Assembly (NCBI GenBank): GCA_030704615.1
Contig: CM060731.1
Location: 53,010,001 to 53,074,000 of the forward strand
DNA from: Takakia lepidozioides
Taxonomy: Eukaryota > Plantae > Bryophyta
Reading direction: 5' to 3'
Length of the DNA: 64,000 nucleotides
Shown: positions 11,861 through 26,087 of the stretch, in pieces
Layout: every line of letters begins with the position of its first letter
Position numbering within the stretch: the first letter of the stretch is position 1
Notes under the pieces: model-generated
What the model saw: the letters and a program-made list of their open reading frames with translations, nothing else
Database searches by the model: none
Told to the model about the DNA's origin: nothing
Made by a program: the position numbers and the translations under genes

Positions 11861-14800
11861 GATTCTGAAGTAAGTTTGTGGAGTACAAGACTTAGAAAAC
11901 GTTCTCCTTCGATCCCTTCATTCTTTCTTCCGCTAAGCTTGGATTCTGCAGTGCAAGATTCTCACTCGTGCGCGACCCCATTGCCATAACTACTTCCTGC
12001 TGACCGATCAAACCGTACGAGACCTAATTTGATACAACAATCGAACCCTCAGTAAAATACACACGTCTTCCATTATGAAGCCATGTAAGCAGTTAGTTTG
12101 TCAAAGCAAATTTTGAGTGATCAAGCCGGCCCTGTTCATGGATACGACCTGTGGGTCCCGACATTCAAGAGCTTGCACCTTGCATCTTGCCGTGAACATA
12201 AGTTACACACGAGATCTAGAGAAATAGAAAAAAACTGTACATCAGAGAAAAGAGAAGATGACGTCGAGGGAAGTCTGGAGGTAAGGGCGGAATAGTGCCT
12301 GAAGAGTGCATGGAGGTTTTTCCTACTTCTAGAAGTCAGTCACGTGTTGGTTAAATCTTGTTCTGGTGTACTCTAGTTTTATGGTTGGTAGATACATCAG
12401 GGAGTCCATTGGGATATTGAAACTCTCTGTCTCCATCTTCTGGAGATACTACATGTCTGCACCGAGGGGATGATGGAGTCTACTTTGTTCAAAAGGGTTG
12501 CTTGGTTTGCAGATAAATGGATCACTTGGAGCGCTGCAAGCCATCTCATATGAGCTGAGAATCGTGACTCGTAGTTGCTTTTAATGGTTAAGAACTTCTG
12601 GCAATTGGCAACAGAATATTGGGGATCTCGCAATCCAAGGAACCATCCTCCGGGAATGTAACCTAAAGCAAAAATCGTCAGGATCTTACATCCCCGGACT
12701 AACCATCCTCTCCATGTAAGCGTAAAGTGAATCTCTTGACCTCTCCTTGACTTCCGTAACCGGCCTGCAATTTATACAGGAAAGGAGAGCTCCGGGCTAA
12801 TCCCTCGCTTTCTGTTTCTTCGCCTAAAGAGGAGGAACATCAACGTCAACGTCAACTACGAACGAACCTTACACAGGGCTCCTCGTAGACAGTCTCTTCA
12901 TGGCTATCTGTCACTGCATAAACGAGCTTGTCACATATTTCCATAATGCTCAAAGTCCCTGAAGAAATGAAGTGTATGTTGGGTGGCTACAATTGAGCTA
13001 TGGCAGACTTTCACCGGGCTGACAACCTACTCTACTGACATGGCAAACCAGATTGCTGTGCCCAACAAGTGCTTGGTGATCGTCAATGGCTGATATCTGA
13101 GCGCGAACTCATGACTTCAGCAATCTCGAGCAGACAGGAGCTTTGGCAGACTTGGACATCGAAGCATGCTCAAGTCACGACCGCATGTTTTGAGCGACTA
13201 CTTACAAGGGGGTCTTGGCGGACTTTGACAATGCTACTACCCAGATATGGGTTGGGTTGGCAGCCCATGACGGATCTGTAGGCCTACTGAGCCATAACAG
13301 GACACTTGAGGACAGCAAGCTGACATTTCCTAAGCGTGAGTTACACGGCCATAGTAAAGTAGTAGACACTGGCAAGCCTGCTCGAAAAAAATATCATCAC
13401 AGTGACATGGGAATGTGATCCCCCACTGTAGTCACACGTCGCTTGCTGTTTTTGTCAACAGAAACAGCCCAATCCATTCCACAACAATACAAACAGTCTA
13501 ACTTGGTTACAATACAAAGCACAACCGAATCCTGACCTGCAAAGCTCCAAATATACATCCACTCCAGCCACTGTGTTTTGAGTTGACTGTGGTAGACGTG
13601 GGCAGAAGTTGCCAGACTTGATAGAACCTACTTACGCAGAATTAGGCTCCAAAGTAGTGGAGCAAAGCCGTCCCGAGTCCACAAAATGTGGGTGGACTTC
13701 ACTGTGCACTTGTTTTATGTCGTTGCAACAGAGACGAGTTGCATGACGACAATCTTGTTACACCCATCGCTCCGCACGACATGATCGCAGCCCAAAATTT
13801 CGTGATTGTATTTGGCAAACATGCGTTTGTTTTGCGCGGACTGTACAGAGCGATGGGAATCAAAGAGTTTTATGAATTCGGTGGCACGTTGCAGCCCTGT
13901 TGATCGGAAAGCAAACGGAGGTGAGGTGGGTGGGAAGGGGACAAGGGTATGTATGTCCAGAGGATGAATGGTGCCAGTAGTGGATGTGGAGGCAGGCATC
14001 CATCCACCTTCCAGCAAGAAGATCTCAATGTTGTTTGGATGCCTTCTCTTCATCTGCTTTTTTCGCTCTGCTGCACACACTTTGTTTGTTCTTCTTCTTC
14101 CTGCTCTGTCAGGTTGTGGGTGCAGAAGAAAGAGCGGCGTAGTCTGGTGGGAGCTACACTAGTCTGAAGACGGAGCCTGGAAGTTCTGCAAATACTCTCC
14201 ACTGCGTCTTCTGGCACATGCTCTGCCTCGGTTTCGTCGGAAGGGCAGGGATCTCGCCCTTCGGCAGAAAGGGCAGAATTTGGCCCTACAGCCTACAGCC
14301 CAAGTCCGGACTCGCTACAGGTATCTCTTCTGTGATGCTGATCCAAAGAGTGTGCTGTTCTCCTGAAGATGGGTTCTTCTTGGCTTGTCGATCTGGTCCT
14401 TTGTGGCTTTCGATTTTCAGAGGGGGAAATTAGGTTAGCATTCATAGTTGCTGTCTCCGGTGGCAGTAGTTTGTGGGCTTTCCGGTTATCATGCTCTGGC
14501 ACCTATTCAGTTCCAGTTAGGGGAACATCGTTTGCCGACCCCTGTCCACTTCAATCAGCCAATTATATGTTGAGGGATAGAGCTTCTAGGCTTGCAGTGA
14601 TGACATAGCTTCTGTCAGTTGGCTGGTGTGGTGGATCTCTGGTGATACGAGTGTTTGTGGGCAGTTACTGCGTCTGGGGTTACAGTACATACAGATTAGA
14701 GACAGTAGGCAATGAGCGTAAAGACAAATGCCCTTTTTTTTTGAGGCCGTTCATATGATGTTTTCTTGCTAGGTGGGAAGATGTAGGCTGTAGCCTACGC

Positions 14801-16003
14801 TTGTTGCTGGGTTGGAAGGAACAACACAGAGCGAGTCCTTTGTTATTGGTCAAAACCACCTACACCATCCCCTAAAGCTAGCTAAACATTCAAAGGTTCT
14901 GGCCCTCACCAATCCAGGTACCCAACCTGATTATGACAGAGGCAGACTAAGTGCTTGAGAACCACATGCCTAAAGTCCACCCCACAGCTAGCTCACAGGA
15001 GTGTGCTGGGCATTCAGCTCTTGAGTCTCTGAAAACAAAGTAGTCAAGCTTAGTCTGTAGGATTATTTGTATGCTATCACCCTCAAACATTTCCAGTGAT
15101 CACAAATGGGATTGGTGCATCACGAAACTGTAGTCTCCAACATAATTGAAGTGTGGTTTATGTCACATAAAGTACCAGAAACACAACCTATGCTAAATAA
15201 TAGGCTACCAATCTGAGTGCAGGCAAAGCAGATGGGGATGCTTGGAAGCCGCACAGTGGCGAAGGGGAAGACGCAGCAAGATACTTGCTTTGCTCAATGG
15301 GAATAAGGGTAGAAGCTTCTTTGGTGGTTTGTTTTGCAAATTTTTACAGGGTAGGTGAGATGGTGGCGAAAGGAGAGATAGGAACGGTGTTATAAGGAAC
15401 ATGGAGGGAGGGTGTGAGAAGTGGGGAACCTTTTAAAGGGTAGGAAGTGCAATGTCTTCATCAGATAAGAGGGAGAAATAAGATCAAAGGGCTTGAGATC
15501 TTGAGAGTGTTGAGATCCAAATGCAATGGGAAGGGTGAGAGTTCTGGGAACTCGGGGTTTGTGCAGCAATGCAGGAAAGAGAAACTTCTGAGTTACCTTC
15601 ACCTGATTATTGCATTGCTTGAGTTTTGATTTGTTCCTTATTGCACATGGTAATTGACCTGTTCAAGAACCAGGAGTATTGTTGAGATCTGTCATGTGGT
15701 TTTTGGCAGAAAGCCGTGGCTTTTCTTGGTTTCCCTTGATGGGATAGTATGTAGTCAAGGAGACCATTGGAGATATGTCCAGTTCAACACTGAGTATTTG
15801 ACTGGGTCGAGTTTCCAGATCTACAGGCATCCCTCATGGAAGTTATGGATGCTACTGCAAGGAAGTGATAGGTTGGTACATTCATTGACGCAAGACTACA
15901 GATTTTTGGTGTGATCATATAATACATCAAAGGAAGAAGAAAAGTGCAGTCTTTCAACACTTGCGTGCAGCAGTGGGGATCTAAGTGGGTAAGAGGAGGG
16001 CAG

Positions 16004-19000
16004 ATGGATATGGCTGCCTCGGTGCTTGAAAAGCCTGAGAAGCAGGCGTGTTTCAGTATCAGTCAAGGATCTGTTGCATGTTCAGTATGCCTTGAGGTGG
16101 TCACAGATGCTGGGGAGAGATCAATTGCCAAGCTTAAATGTGGCCACCACTTCCATCTTGGTAAGATTCTCTGTTGCAGGTGTAGTTAGGGCAACACCAC
16201 TTCTAGAGCGGTTCTATCAAAGCCAAAGCTACAAGAGTATCATAATGATGTGACAGTCCACATAAATGCATGAGGGCCACATGTAGTTTACAGACAAAAG
16301 CAATCATTTTCAACTCGGGCAATTACTCGTAGCATGGATGTTTCTCTTAGTGTCTAATTGTGGGTTTGGCATAGCATGTGTTACATAGGGTACAGCAGAA
16401 CGTACAATCATTCTTTTATTGAGACTTGGGGCAAGCCCGTGTAGAGATGCCCTGATTGGAGATGTGATTGTGGTGTTGGTTTTCTAGAGCCAATTTGGTG
16501 GCATTAGCATGCATGAATGGCAGTAGTTCTGGCCTTTTTGGTAAACCTATAAGCTTTAGAATATGTAAACATTTTGTCGAGAAGTAATGAGTGTTCCGCC
16601 TCAGACAGGAGTGAAGTACTTGCATGGCCACACAAGATTCAACATCTTGGGATGCCCATATCAAGACTTGTCCAATAAATATCAAGATTCTGTATGCAAC
16701 ATGAATTCATTCAAGTCAACATCATTCATGGATGAGTTCAAGAGAACTATCTAATGAAAAGGACTCCTTTGTGATGTTGACAGATTGCATTGGTTCTGCT
16801 TTCAATGCCAAGGGAGCCATGCAATGCCCTAATTGTAGGCATGTTGAAGATGGTCAGTGGCTGTATGCCAATGGGTGCCGACCATGTGATGATTTTACAA
16901 TTGATGATATTTCATATGAAGATGATTATGAAGTTTACCCTGGGATGCCTGAGTTGGTCAGTGCTTATGATGAATTTGTACGTCCTTCTACACCAATAAC
17001 CTCCTGACTTTGTCTTTCGTTTGTGATGAACTATCATGCAATTTTAGCTCTCCCTGCCCGGGTTGGCCGATTGGCATTTAGATGTGGATGACTGAGAAGC
17101 TTTTCACCTAATGCACTTGAGGGTTTCACCTGCAGCAAGCAAACCACGTCCAATGGTGTCCATATCAGCATTTCGGTGGCTCTTACCCGCAGTTATCATT
17201 CTCCCTCGAGTAAGTTGCCATCTCATGGGACTGTGTAACTCATTGCATTCTAACTCCCTTTTAAAGCTTGGGTGTATTTTAGGGTTACGGTGTTGGACTG
17301 ATGTATTCTTGGAAACCTCACAATTCACTTTGGGTGCGAGTTCTCTCTCTAGTCATAACTTCGAATGGAATTGGTTGGCCTGTTGTGGAGCTTCGGCATA
17401 TTCTGAAATGATACAAGGCTGTTTAGTTCATGCCTTGACCACAAAGTGCCATTTCTTTGGTACCATCACATTTGATCATGGGAATTATAAACTAGGTGCC
17501 TTGCATTGTTCATGCAGCCACCATCAGGAGGTTCTATTTTGGAACTCGGGGACATCCATTGCTAGCAATGTAGTTTGTAAAATTAACTTAAGATTCTAGG
17601 AATTCCAATGTATTTGCCTCTAGAGTTCAGCTGGTAAGCTAGCCAATGGTTACGGGGGGCTTCCTGCGATGGTTTCTGAAGATACTGTGCTCCGTTACGT
17701 TTGTTACATCCTCGGTACAATGGCTTAATGTGACTAAAGGTTAGGTAGCTGAGTGTGATGCTTATGAATGTGCTACAAGGTGAACAAGGAAAAGAAATTG
17801 TTAGAATTGTTTCTCATCTACTAAGCCTTTTTGCAGGGATTTTGAGGGCCCACCAGGTGTAGGCAGCGCATTGGGATGTAAGTTAACACGTCCACTGGCT
17901 CTCTCCATTTGCCAATATGTTCAGTCTGGTGGTAGGGTTGTTGCGGGTATTTAGAGCGTTGGTCAATCCTTCAAAGCAGCGGAGATAAGTTCTCCAAGTT
18001 GGAACTCTGGTGGTTGTGCCCTGGTGGTACAATGAGAGTTAAGAGCAATACACCTGCAGTAGCTCTCAGTTCAATCGAGGTTTTATCTACTTGAGTAACT
18101 TAACCCTTAAACGCCCAGTGGCTATCTTTGACTTTTGCCAAAACCATGACCCCTGCCTCTTGGCATAACTCCCTAAAAATACAATTTTAAAAAGTTGACC
18201 GGACTTTAGCTGCTCACCTACCAGCTGCACCTAGTGGTAGAATTTCAGGCCAATCAGACGGTTTACGCCGAAATGCCACCGTTGACAACTTGGGTCAAAA
18301 TTTTGAAGTTGTATATTTTTATGTAGTTTGGGAACAGTTTTCTTCATTTTTGCATATCGGTATGGAAGTCGTTGGTCTGGAGGTTTCAAGCACTTCACCC
18401 TCCTGCTGCATGTAATGAACCAAGGAAGACATGTTTTGAGGCCATATCCTTGCCTCAGCACTTGGTCAAAGCTACGGGGGTCAGTTTCTACTGCTTCAGG
18501 TGCGACTCACAATGAAGCAAACTTGTGGAAACCAGAAACGCGGGTCAGGCCACTGGTAACACTAGCAATTTGTAAAATGCAGTATTCATGTCGTCTTAGC
18601 ATTTCTGCCTACTGATCAAGTATGTGGAAAATGAAGGAAACTGCAAGTAATCTGATCTGCTGACTTGCAGAGCTCTTTTATCTGTCTGTTTAGGGCAAGA
18701 TTCGTGACCTTCTGTCTGCAGCTTTATGGGAGTAGACTGCATCTGAACCTTTCGTCAGGGATGGGAGTGTCATTTCCTCCCATCCAGGCTAAGATGGGGC
18801 CATTTCCTTGTGTTCAATCTGCTCTGTATTGTTGCAGATACAGATCTGATAGTGAACGTCCTCTATGGGGAGCATCCCACAAGCTCGGGCCATGCGTGTC
18901 CCTATCTTGCTACCCAAGGGACCATGGTTCCTGGCCGACTGGTGAGACAAGGAGAGGACATTCATAATCTGCCTCCTGTTACTCATGGCCATGCAGACAT

Positions 19001-20215
19001 GTCATTGCCAGCAGCAAATGGAGGCACTGGGATGACAGATCCAGGACCTGGTTCTCAAAGTTTTTTGGCACCAGATAGAGGACGGTCTTGGACTCGGCGA
19101 GCAGTTGGCTTGTCTGGCCCTTCTGGGCACGATGATACTCAACCTGGGCTGCTGGGTTTGTCGCCACTGGAAAGGGTTCGGTCATGGTCTCGGCCAGAGG
19201 CAGAACGACCTCCACTTCCAGGACCTGTGGGCCATGTATCTGGGAATCATAGCGGTGCTGCTATTCAGTTTGGATATGGGTAAGTATCGACCTGTTCTCT
19301 TCCTATTCAGTCTGCCTACCAAGATCGTGTCTGATGTGGATAGCAAAGTCTGCATCTTGATCCACCCTTGCCTCACGTCAGATGTAGAACTTTGCATACT
19401 CAAAGAATAAGTGTATCATATATAACCATCATATCCCACTATTATATATTCAGCCATCTGTTCGAAATTCATAGTGTAGTTGTATGAAGGTGATCAATGA
19501 AATGATTGTGTTCATTAATAGGGTCAGGCCAGTCGAAGGTGGGAGTTCTTCAGTGCTCCATGAGAATGCACCCTGTCCAAGAAACTACTACATGCATGGA
19601 CCAGGAGGGGGTAGTCAGCTTCCTCAGATTGCTTCACCCCCAATACGTCACGGTGTTATCAGCAACCAGTCTCGGCGACCTAGGCATCGGAATGCAATTG
19701 CAACTCCCTTGATGTCCGTAGGAGGCAGGGGCATCCAACCTGCACCTCCTCCAGAGCAAGCAAGGAGGTACGCAGGGGTGTGGGGTGGAGGTTCAGGAAC
19801 CCAAGGTCAGGACCCAAATTTGATGGTAGAAGGTTCAGGCTGGCATGGCAATAGTCAGGGTTTTGGCTGGAGACGAGAGGCCTCACAGATGGGGGTTGCA
19901 CCATCCAGCGTCCCTTGGGCTTCCACTGCTCCCTATGATGCGGATGCCCAGTGGCGAGGAGCAATGTGGCCTCAACATGGGGTCAATTCACAAAGTCCAG
20001 TTAGTGATCTGCCTTCCAGCAGTTTTCATCACCAGGGAGATTTTTATAGAGGAGATGGATCTTTGCAAGGGCCCTCCAGATTGCCAACTGACATCCAGTA
20101 TGGCCCTCCCCCTGTTCTGGGACACATCAGTCCTTATGCAGGGTTTTCCTTCCAACAGGATGCGCCTGTCGACATGGCACACTTACCACACCCACACTTT
20201 CGTGCACAAAGGTAG
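16004..20215 (+). CDS. RING-H2 E3 ubiquitin ligase of the RFI2/IPI1-like family, about 6 coding exons
   Basis: CSVCLEVV...AKLKCGHHFHL/DCIGSAFNAKGAMQCPNCRHVEDGQWLYANG is split by an intron at 16161-16783. Further exons at about 16784-16977, 17135-17208, 17837-17877, 18838-19279 (HACPY) and 19522-20215. Low-complexity G/P/S C-terminus; probable 5'UTR exon near 14000-14320. Confidence 0.88.
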
Positions 20216-20959
20216 ACTTTCAGTCTGTATAAGCACGGATGATGGTGCCTTCTCTCTTCTGGTAGGTTTTCGGGCGAAAGGGACAGTGCGTGCCCAGTTC
20301 TCGATCTGCAATAATGCCTGTGGAATCTTTGCATCTTTGCCGGGTTTGAAGTATGCGTGGTGAGCCCCGTAAAACACAGGTGATTTTATGGAGGAGTGTC
20401 AAGCCATGTACAGCCTTTTGATCCTTTCGATCAAATCATGTCCTAGCTTCACACTCTCTTCCCCCCAACCTGGGCAGGGTTCCCATGTTTATCAATAATT
20501 TCTATGTCGCTGAAAGTTGTTGTCAAAGCCCTGTGCCTGGTTCCATCACCGTACAACAAGTTAATATGCCTGTGTCGACTTCCACAGGCTGGCACATTGA
20601 ACGGCTAGCTCAGTTCATGCTAAAGGGTTCTTGACAGGTCTTTGATTGTTAAATGCATGGGCATGGCAGTCAGCTGGATATTTTTTATTGCACTTGTATT
20701 CGGAAAAAGTGTGTTTATTATTCACAGTTTCTGTTTGACCCTCGCGTGGTTCTGTGCAGTGATTGCTGCTATCTTGTCACTTTATCTCCTTTCTCCCCCT
20801 TTTCTCTCTGTGTCTTGGTGGGGATAGATTTTGCTGTGGATGTATGAAGGCATGATCCTGACTGTGTAGAGGCTTCACTTTTTTAGTTCCCTTTTATCGG
20901 TGGCGCCAGTTCATATCCTCTTCATGGTCAACCAGGATGGGCCATGGATTAGCTTGGAC

Positions 20960-21080
20960 TAAAGCATTTTGCCGGACTAAATTTGCACTTGGATCCACTC
21001 TCCTTGAGCACGCCTTTCCACCTCCAGGTGACATCAAAGCCTTGTAGGAGCTGTTCCTCCAGTTTCTGAGGGTGTAGGTG
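20960..21080 (-). mobile_element. Short LINE ORF2 C-terminal remnant
   Basis: Minus frame EEQLLQGFDVTWRWKGVL aligns by eye with RQQLLADFDLTWAKDGIL at the end of the LINE ORF at 24530-24590. Confidence 0.5.
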
Positions 21081-21300
21081 GGGACGGGGCAAACCAAGCC
21101 TTCCTACACTGAATAAATTTTAATCGGGAGTTTACTCAAACAGGGGATAAGAGTCCTCATACACTTTGGAACACTGAGACTTCAAAATGTGCCCCAAGGT
21201 GAGTGATTCAAGGCATTGCCACCAAGAGTGCCAAGTTCTCCCTGCATCCAAATTGATGAGATGGATCGATATGTTTCCAACTAAAACGTTAATATCTGAG

Positions 21301-21416
21301 CTCCTACCAGACCAGCGTGGTATCGCAAGGAACGCAGTTTTGTCGATTTCAAAACGCTAATACCTAAGCTCCTACCAGACCAGCCTGGTACCGCAAGGAA
21401 CGCAGCTGTCGATACC
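21301..21416. repeat. About 68-bp direct duplication
   Basis: ctcctaccagaccagc(g/c)tggta(t/c)cgcaaggaacgcag at 21301 and 21369. Confidence 0.8.
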
Positions 21417-21544
21417 AGTACTCTGTCTTCCGCCGTCGCTTGCACCCTAGGTATCAATATGTGGAGCGTAAGGGATTTCAGCAACTGAAGTGCGGCACTC
21501 AGCTTTATATATATATATATATATTAAACTGTCCATCAAATTAT

Positions 21545-22811
21545 TTACTGCCATGGAGAATTTCTACTTTGTTTGGATTCTGGGCCGGCCATTGGCAGAG
21601 CTAGACATTGACCCGATGGAATGGTCTTGGAAATTCTCGGGGTCGCCTAAGCCCTTCTTTTCCTACACAACCAGAAGGATATAAAGCTCTCTCTAACCAT
21701 CAATGCTTGAAAAAAAAATGGTAAGCCAAGCAATATGGCTTTGAGTCATGATGAAAATTGGTCTACCATTTGGAGCTCGGTTTGGATAAAAGCTCGCCCA
21801 GCCAAGATATCGGCCTTCCTTTGGCAAGTGGTCAATAGGGCTCTCAAAGTGGGTGAATGGCTGCAGTTTCAAGCAGCCCTGATATGTGATTGTTGTACTG
21901 CTGGTATTATGGAGTCTCTGGAGCATTGTCTCCTTTTTTGTCAGGCCCCCGCCAAGATCTGGCCTCTGGTGAAAACCTTCTACAGGAACTGGGATATTAA
22001 ATCTCTTTCTATTATAGATCTGCTACCCAACTACGATAGGAATACCAAGCAGAGATCTCTTAACTGTCCTGTTTTTTAGACTCTTCGCAGTTCCACCCTG
22101 TGGCACCTTTGGAAGGCTCGCTGCAGGAAGACCTTTTCAAGGGAAACAACCTCGATCTCCGCCCTTCTTGCTTGTGTGTTTTATGACCTAGGGGTAGAGT
22201 CAAGAAAAGCCTGGCACAAAATTTGTGCAGATGTGTGCGGCAGCCATCCACTCTGCCTTCCGAGAGTCCTGGGGCAAGCAGGGTCTTATCTGCCACACCA
22301 CTGCGTTGGACACCTGCAGCTGGTCCAAGCTCCCTCCCCCTGGCTGGCGGGATCTACGCTCGCCCCTCTCCCCCGAATTTGAACGAGGTATCAATCGGAA
22401 GCATTTGAAGCCATCATCTTTGGCCTCCAGGCTTCACTATAGATAGGGTTCTCTTTTCATCATGATTACCCTCGAAATTATGCCTTTCTAAGCATGCTTA
22501 GATTAGACGCTCAATCGAGGGTCTGCTCTCGCCTTGGACAATTGTTAAGTTTAAAATACTTGTTCCATCGACCTTCTCTCTTAGCTCGGCTCAGATCGTA
22601 GGCTTTAGGTGCAGCTCTTTAAGCTGCTTTCAAGGACACGAGATTAGCATCTTCGTGATTTTCTGTCTTGAAATCTCTCCAGGTGAGAGGTAGGGATCTG
22701 TTTACACTACTTGCAGTGGGTGCCTTATGGCGTATCAGGGGTTTTAAAATTTTTCCCCTCAATAATTATGAATAAACTAATCAGGGCCTTCCCCTGTTCT
22801 CCTAAAAAAAT
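21545..22811 (+). mobile_element. 5'-truncated degenerate LINE (L1-like): ORF2 C-terminus with zf-RVT region, 3'UTR and A-tail
   Basis: WSTIWSSVW...KISAFLWQVVNRALKVGEW...CDCC...ESLEHCLLFC. The 3' end aataaactaatcagggccttcccctgttc...aaaaaaa is shared with the minus-strand LINE end at 54467-54536. Confidence 0.8.
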
Positions 22812-22859
22812 CTACCATGGACGTGTATTGATACCAGTATTGATACCAGTACTGATTTG

Positions 22860-25133
22860 TCTTACAGAAGCTCCGTAACAAACTGGCCTTTTGGAGCTCA
22901 GCTATGCTGTCTATTGCAGGCAGGGCTCTAGTTCTAAATCAAATACTACTCGCATCAGTGTGGTATCCAGCCTCGGTTTGGTCTCCGGGTTCCAAGCTAA
23001 TTACAAAGCTGAAAGCAATGATGAGGAACTTTTTGTGGGGTGCCTCCCCCCAAAACCCCACAAAAAGGGCTCTGGTATCCTGGGCACAGCTTTGCCGTCC
23101 TAGAAAAGAAGGTGGTTTGGGCCTTTTAGACCCATCCATTCAGATCACGGCCTTGCTGGCAAAATGGATACCTAGGTTGCTTACCAATGAAGGAAGCCCG
23201 TGGTGCAACCTAGTCACAGAACACCTAGTGCAGGCCTATCCGCCGAACTCTCCTAACCGGGCACCATCCCTTAAATGGATAGTGCATGGGATGGGGAAAG
23301 TGAAATCTATAGGATCTGCGACTTGGAACTCCATATGGGATGCTTGGAAGATGATGAAGCCTAAGTTAACTCAAAGACGAGCAAAATGCTTTGAAGAGGC
23401 CATCCGTCAGCCACTATTTGACAACCTCAACCTTGATTACAGCCCATTGGCCACTCTCCACAAAAAATGGGCTACCTGGGAGGCGATAGGCCTCTTGCAT
23501 GTTGCCAATATATGGGAGGATGGACAATTTTTGGGACTGAGCCTCTTGTCCTCCCTGATCTCTGCTAGATCAATCGCATGTGGTTGGGCCCATATCCAAA
23601 GAGGTGTCCAGTACAACGAACGACTTACCTGCTTGGTTTGGTAGCTCACATGACAACAACCATATGGCCATCTTGGCCACATCCACCTCTGATTCCCATT
23701 GGAAAGGTCTAATCTTCCGCGCAATGGCTGGGGGACGCCTGGACTTATTAGGATCAGGCGACATGCACCATGACTTGGCCTATAGGATCAGTGTCTTTGA
23801 TCTGAACTCGGGCTCTACTGAACACAGTCCACCTGATGGCGTAGAAGTAGGATGGGCTCGGCAGTTATCCTTCGTTTGGTTCCTATCTTATCCTCTAAGC
23901 AGACTTCAGTTTGATCCAAGCGAATGGTCTTGGATGGATGGCAAGAAAACGCCCTTGCTTGGTTACACGGTCAAAAGGGTCACAGAATGCTTCTCGGCCA
24001 AGCAAATTTTACAGCCAAGTGGAATAAAAAAATGGCATTTGGATTTACAGGTCCCGGCCTGGAAATCTATATGGAAAGACATCTGAGCCAAACACCGTCC
24101 AACAAAAATAGTGCATTCTTATGGAAGTTGGCAAACATAATTCAAGATCAGGACCCAGCTTGTCTAGTTTGTGCCAGAAACTCAAAGGAGACTATTGAAC
24201 ATGCTTTTATGGATTGCCACATTGTTGCGAGGACTTGGCAACTGGTCACTGCTTTCTACCTTCACTGGAAGCAGCTACCATCTGTGGATGCATCGCTTAT
24301 GTTGCTCAACTTGCGCAATGGCTCATTATGGAGTACATGCCCAATATGGGCATGTCTCAGAGCACACACTCTTTGGGCACTATGGAAGGCTAGGTGCACT
24401 TTAGTTTTTGAGACAAGACAGCCCATCATCAGATTAATTTTGTTTAAGTTGTTCTTTGACTTGATGACTGAAGATAATAAGGCTTGGATGTCATTGCTTG
24501 CTGCCACAGCCAGGTGCAGCGACAAGAGGCGTCAACAGCTGCTTGCAGATTTCGATCTCACCTGGGCCAAAGACGGCATCCTCTACACCAGGATTGATGA
24601 CTCGAGAGTCCAATGGCATGACACGATCCCCGGGGCTTGGGAAATCGCCAGCTGAATCCGATGGTGCTGAAGTCAATTGGAAACACCTCAACCTACGCAG
24701 TGCAAAATCCAAAGCCCACCTGAACTTTGGACTCTGATCCTCCCCCCTAGCCTGGATCGGTTATTGCTTAGTGATTCTGGACTCTAAAACCTTCCCGAGC
24801 ATGTCTTGGATTTTGATTCTGTAATCATGCTCTGTTTTGTAGATGTTCTCTTGGTGGTTATCAGGCTGATCGCAGCTAGACTGGCTGTATACGGCCCTCT
24901 CCTCTCCATGCTTGAATCCAAATCCTTTAGATTCTGGCTTTTTTGTTTTCAGCATTAGCTGCCATATTAAGGACTTTTGTAGGTCCCTCCCCTTTTTCTC
25001 CCTCGTCCCTCTGTGTTCAGGGTGCACCCCTTGCGTTTCACCTTTATGGTCCCCCTGGAGGTTATTTTTTCCTCCTGACTGTCCATAATTTTGACTCCTT
25101 CTGAACATTTATCTCATTTAATTTGATTAAAAA
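22860..25133 (+). mobile_element. 5'-truncated LINE (L1-like): post-RT ORF2 region, zf-RVT and 3'UTR
   Basis: LSIAGRALVLNQILLASVWY...VSWAQLCRPRKEGGLGLLD, then CLVC...ETIEHAFMDC...LWALWKARC. Frameshifts near 23600 and 24085. Ends ...ttaatttgattaaaaa. Confidence 0.88.
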
Positions 25134-25351
25134 GGCCTCTGCCCCGCGCCTCTCATTTTAAGATAATAGGGTCTTCAATGGGCACGTGCGATGTGGCCAG
25201 TGGGCCCCGCGCACGGACGTCCGGCTCCCCAGCACCCCGCCCGCCGTTGCGCGCGGTCGCCCAGCCGCGGGCGCGGCTGCAGCAACCGCGCCCGCGCCCC
25301 CGTCCGCCGCGCGGCCAGTCCCCCGCCCACGAGTCCGCTGCCCTCCAGTCC

Positions 25352-25465
25352 GCCAGTCCGCTGCCCAACAGTCTGCCAGTCCCCTGCCATCCAGTCCAAT
25401 GACGGCGCAGGATCGCCACCGTCCATTCCCATAACCCATCCGAGCCCTCCATTTTTAGGGCTGCG
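25352..25465 (+). repeat. Left TIR of copy A (inner part; pairs with 37343-37467)
   Basis: gccagtccgctgccc...ccgagccctccatttttagggctgc versus gcagccctaaaaatggagggctcgg...gcagcggactggc. Confidence 0.9.
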
Positions 25466-25638
25466 AAAATGGCAATGATCTTCCCACCAAATCCCAGCCA
25501 CTCTCTATTGACGGCTGTTTGTTGTCCGATGTTGCGGTAGGCGTTTCCATGCACGCGACTGTTCCTCTTTTGCGCGCGATGTTCATGATGATGATGAAGC
25601 GTGTGCTTGAACATGAGAGGACTGTCTGGGCACTACAG

Positions 25639-25899
25639 CCACCATCGTGCATATGCTTCCACTATTTTTGCCTTCTTGTTGTGCTTTCGGGAACCTTCGT
25701 TTTATGGTTTGGTTCTATGTCATAAATATGGAAAATGCGGACATCTGTCGTCGATAACGTCCTCTGCTTGTGATCCGTCATGATACGTTTAGCCCCTTCG
25801 TACTGCATCCCTCATGAGAGCCTTCATAAGTTTAGTTCGTTAAAGGAACCCATGGGTAACATGGGCGCGAAAATGGTGGAAGCGTATGCACATGGGGGC
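25639..25899 (+). ncRNA. miRNA-like foldback 1 (copy A)
   Basis: Arm 25647-25668 gtgcatatgcttccactatttt pairs with 25870-25891 aaaatggtggaagcgtatgcac (20 WC + 2 G:U on the + transcript). Conserved in copy B. Expression unknown. Confidence 0.5.
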
Positions 25900-26087
25900 G
25901 TGTATTGCAGATTTCGTATCGGACGATGGGACTATTTATGGACCAGTATAGCGGCTTGCATCCGTCGTGCATAAGTTGTGGAAAAGGGTGGAGAATCTGA
26001 AAAAAAACCCAGCTTTGTGATGGATCCACATGGTATTATATAGGGATGGCAGCACAAAAAAGCAATCACGGAACACCATCCAGTCGT

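Noticed and set aside
25153-25614. GC-rich ORFs in the TIRs (also 37173-37817)
   Set aside because: Overlap TIR repeats on both strands and show no protein-level conservation between copies.
25780-25974. Third element gene suggested by the shared peptide EAYAxGGVY (B: 50671-50967)
   Set aside because: The similarity is confined to the hairpin arm, and the frame shifts between copies right after it.
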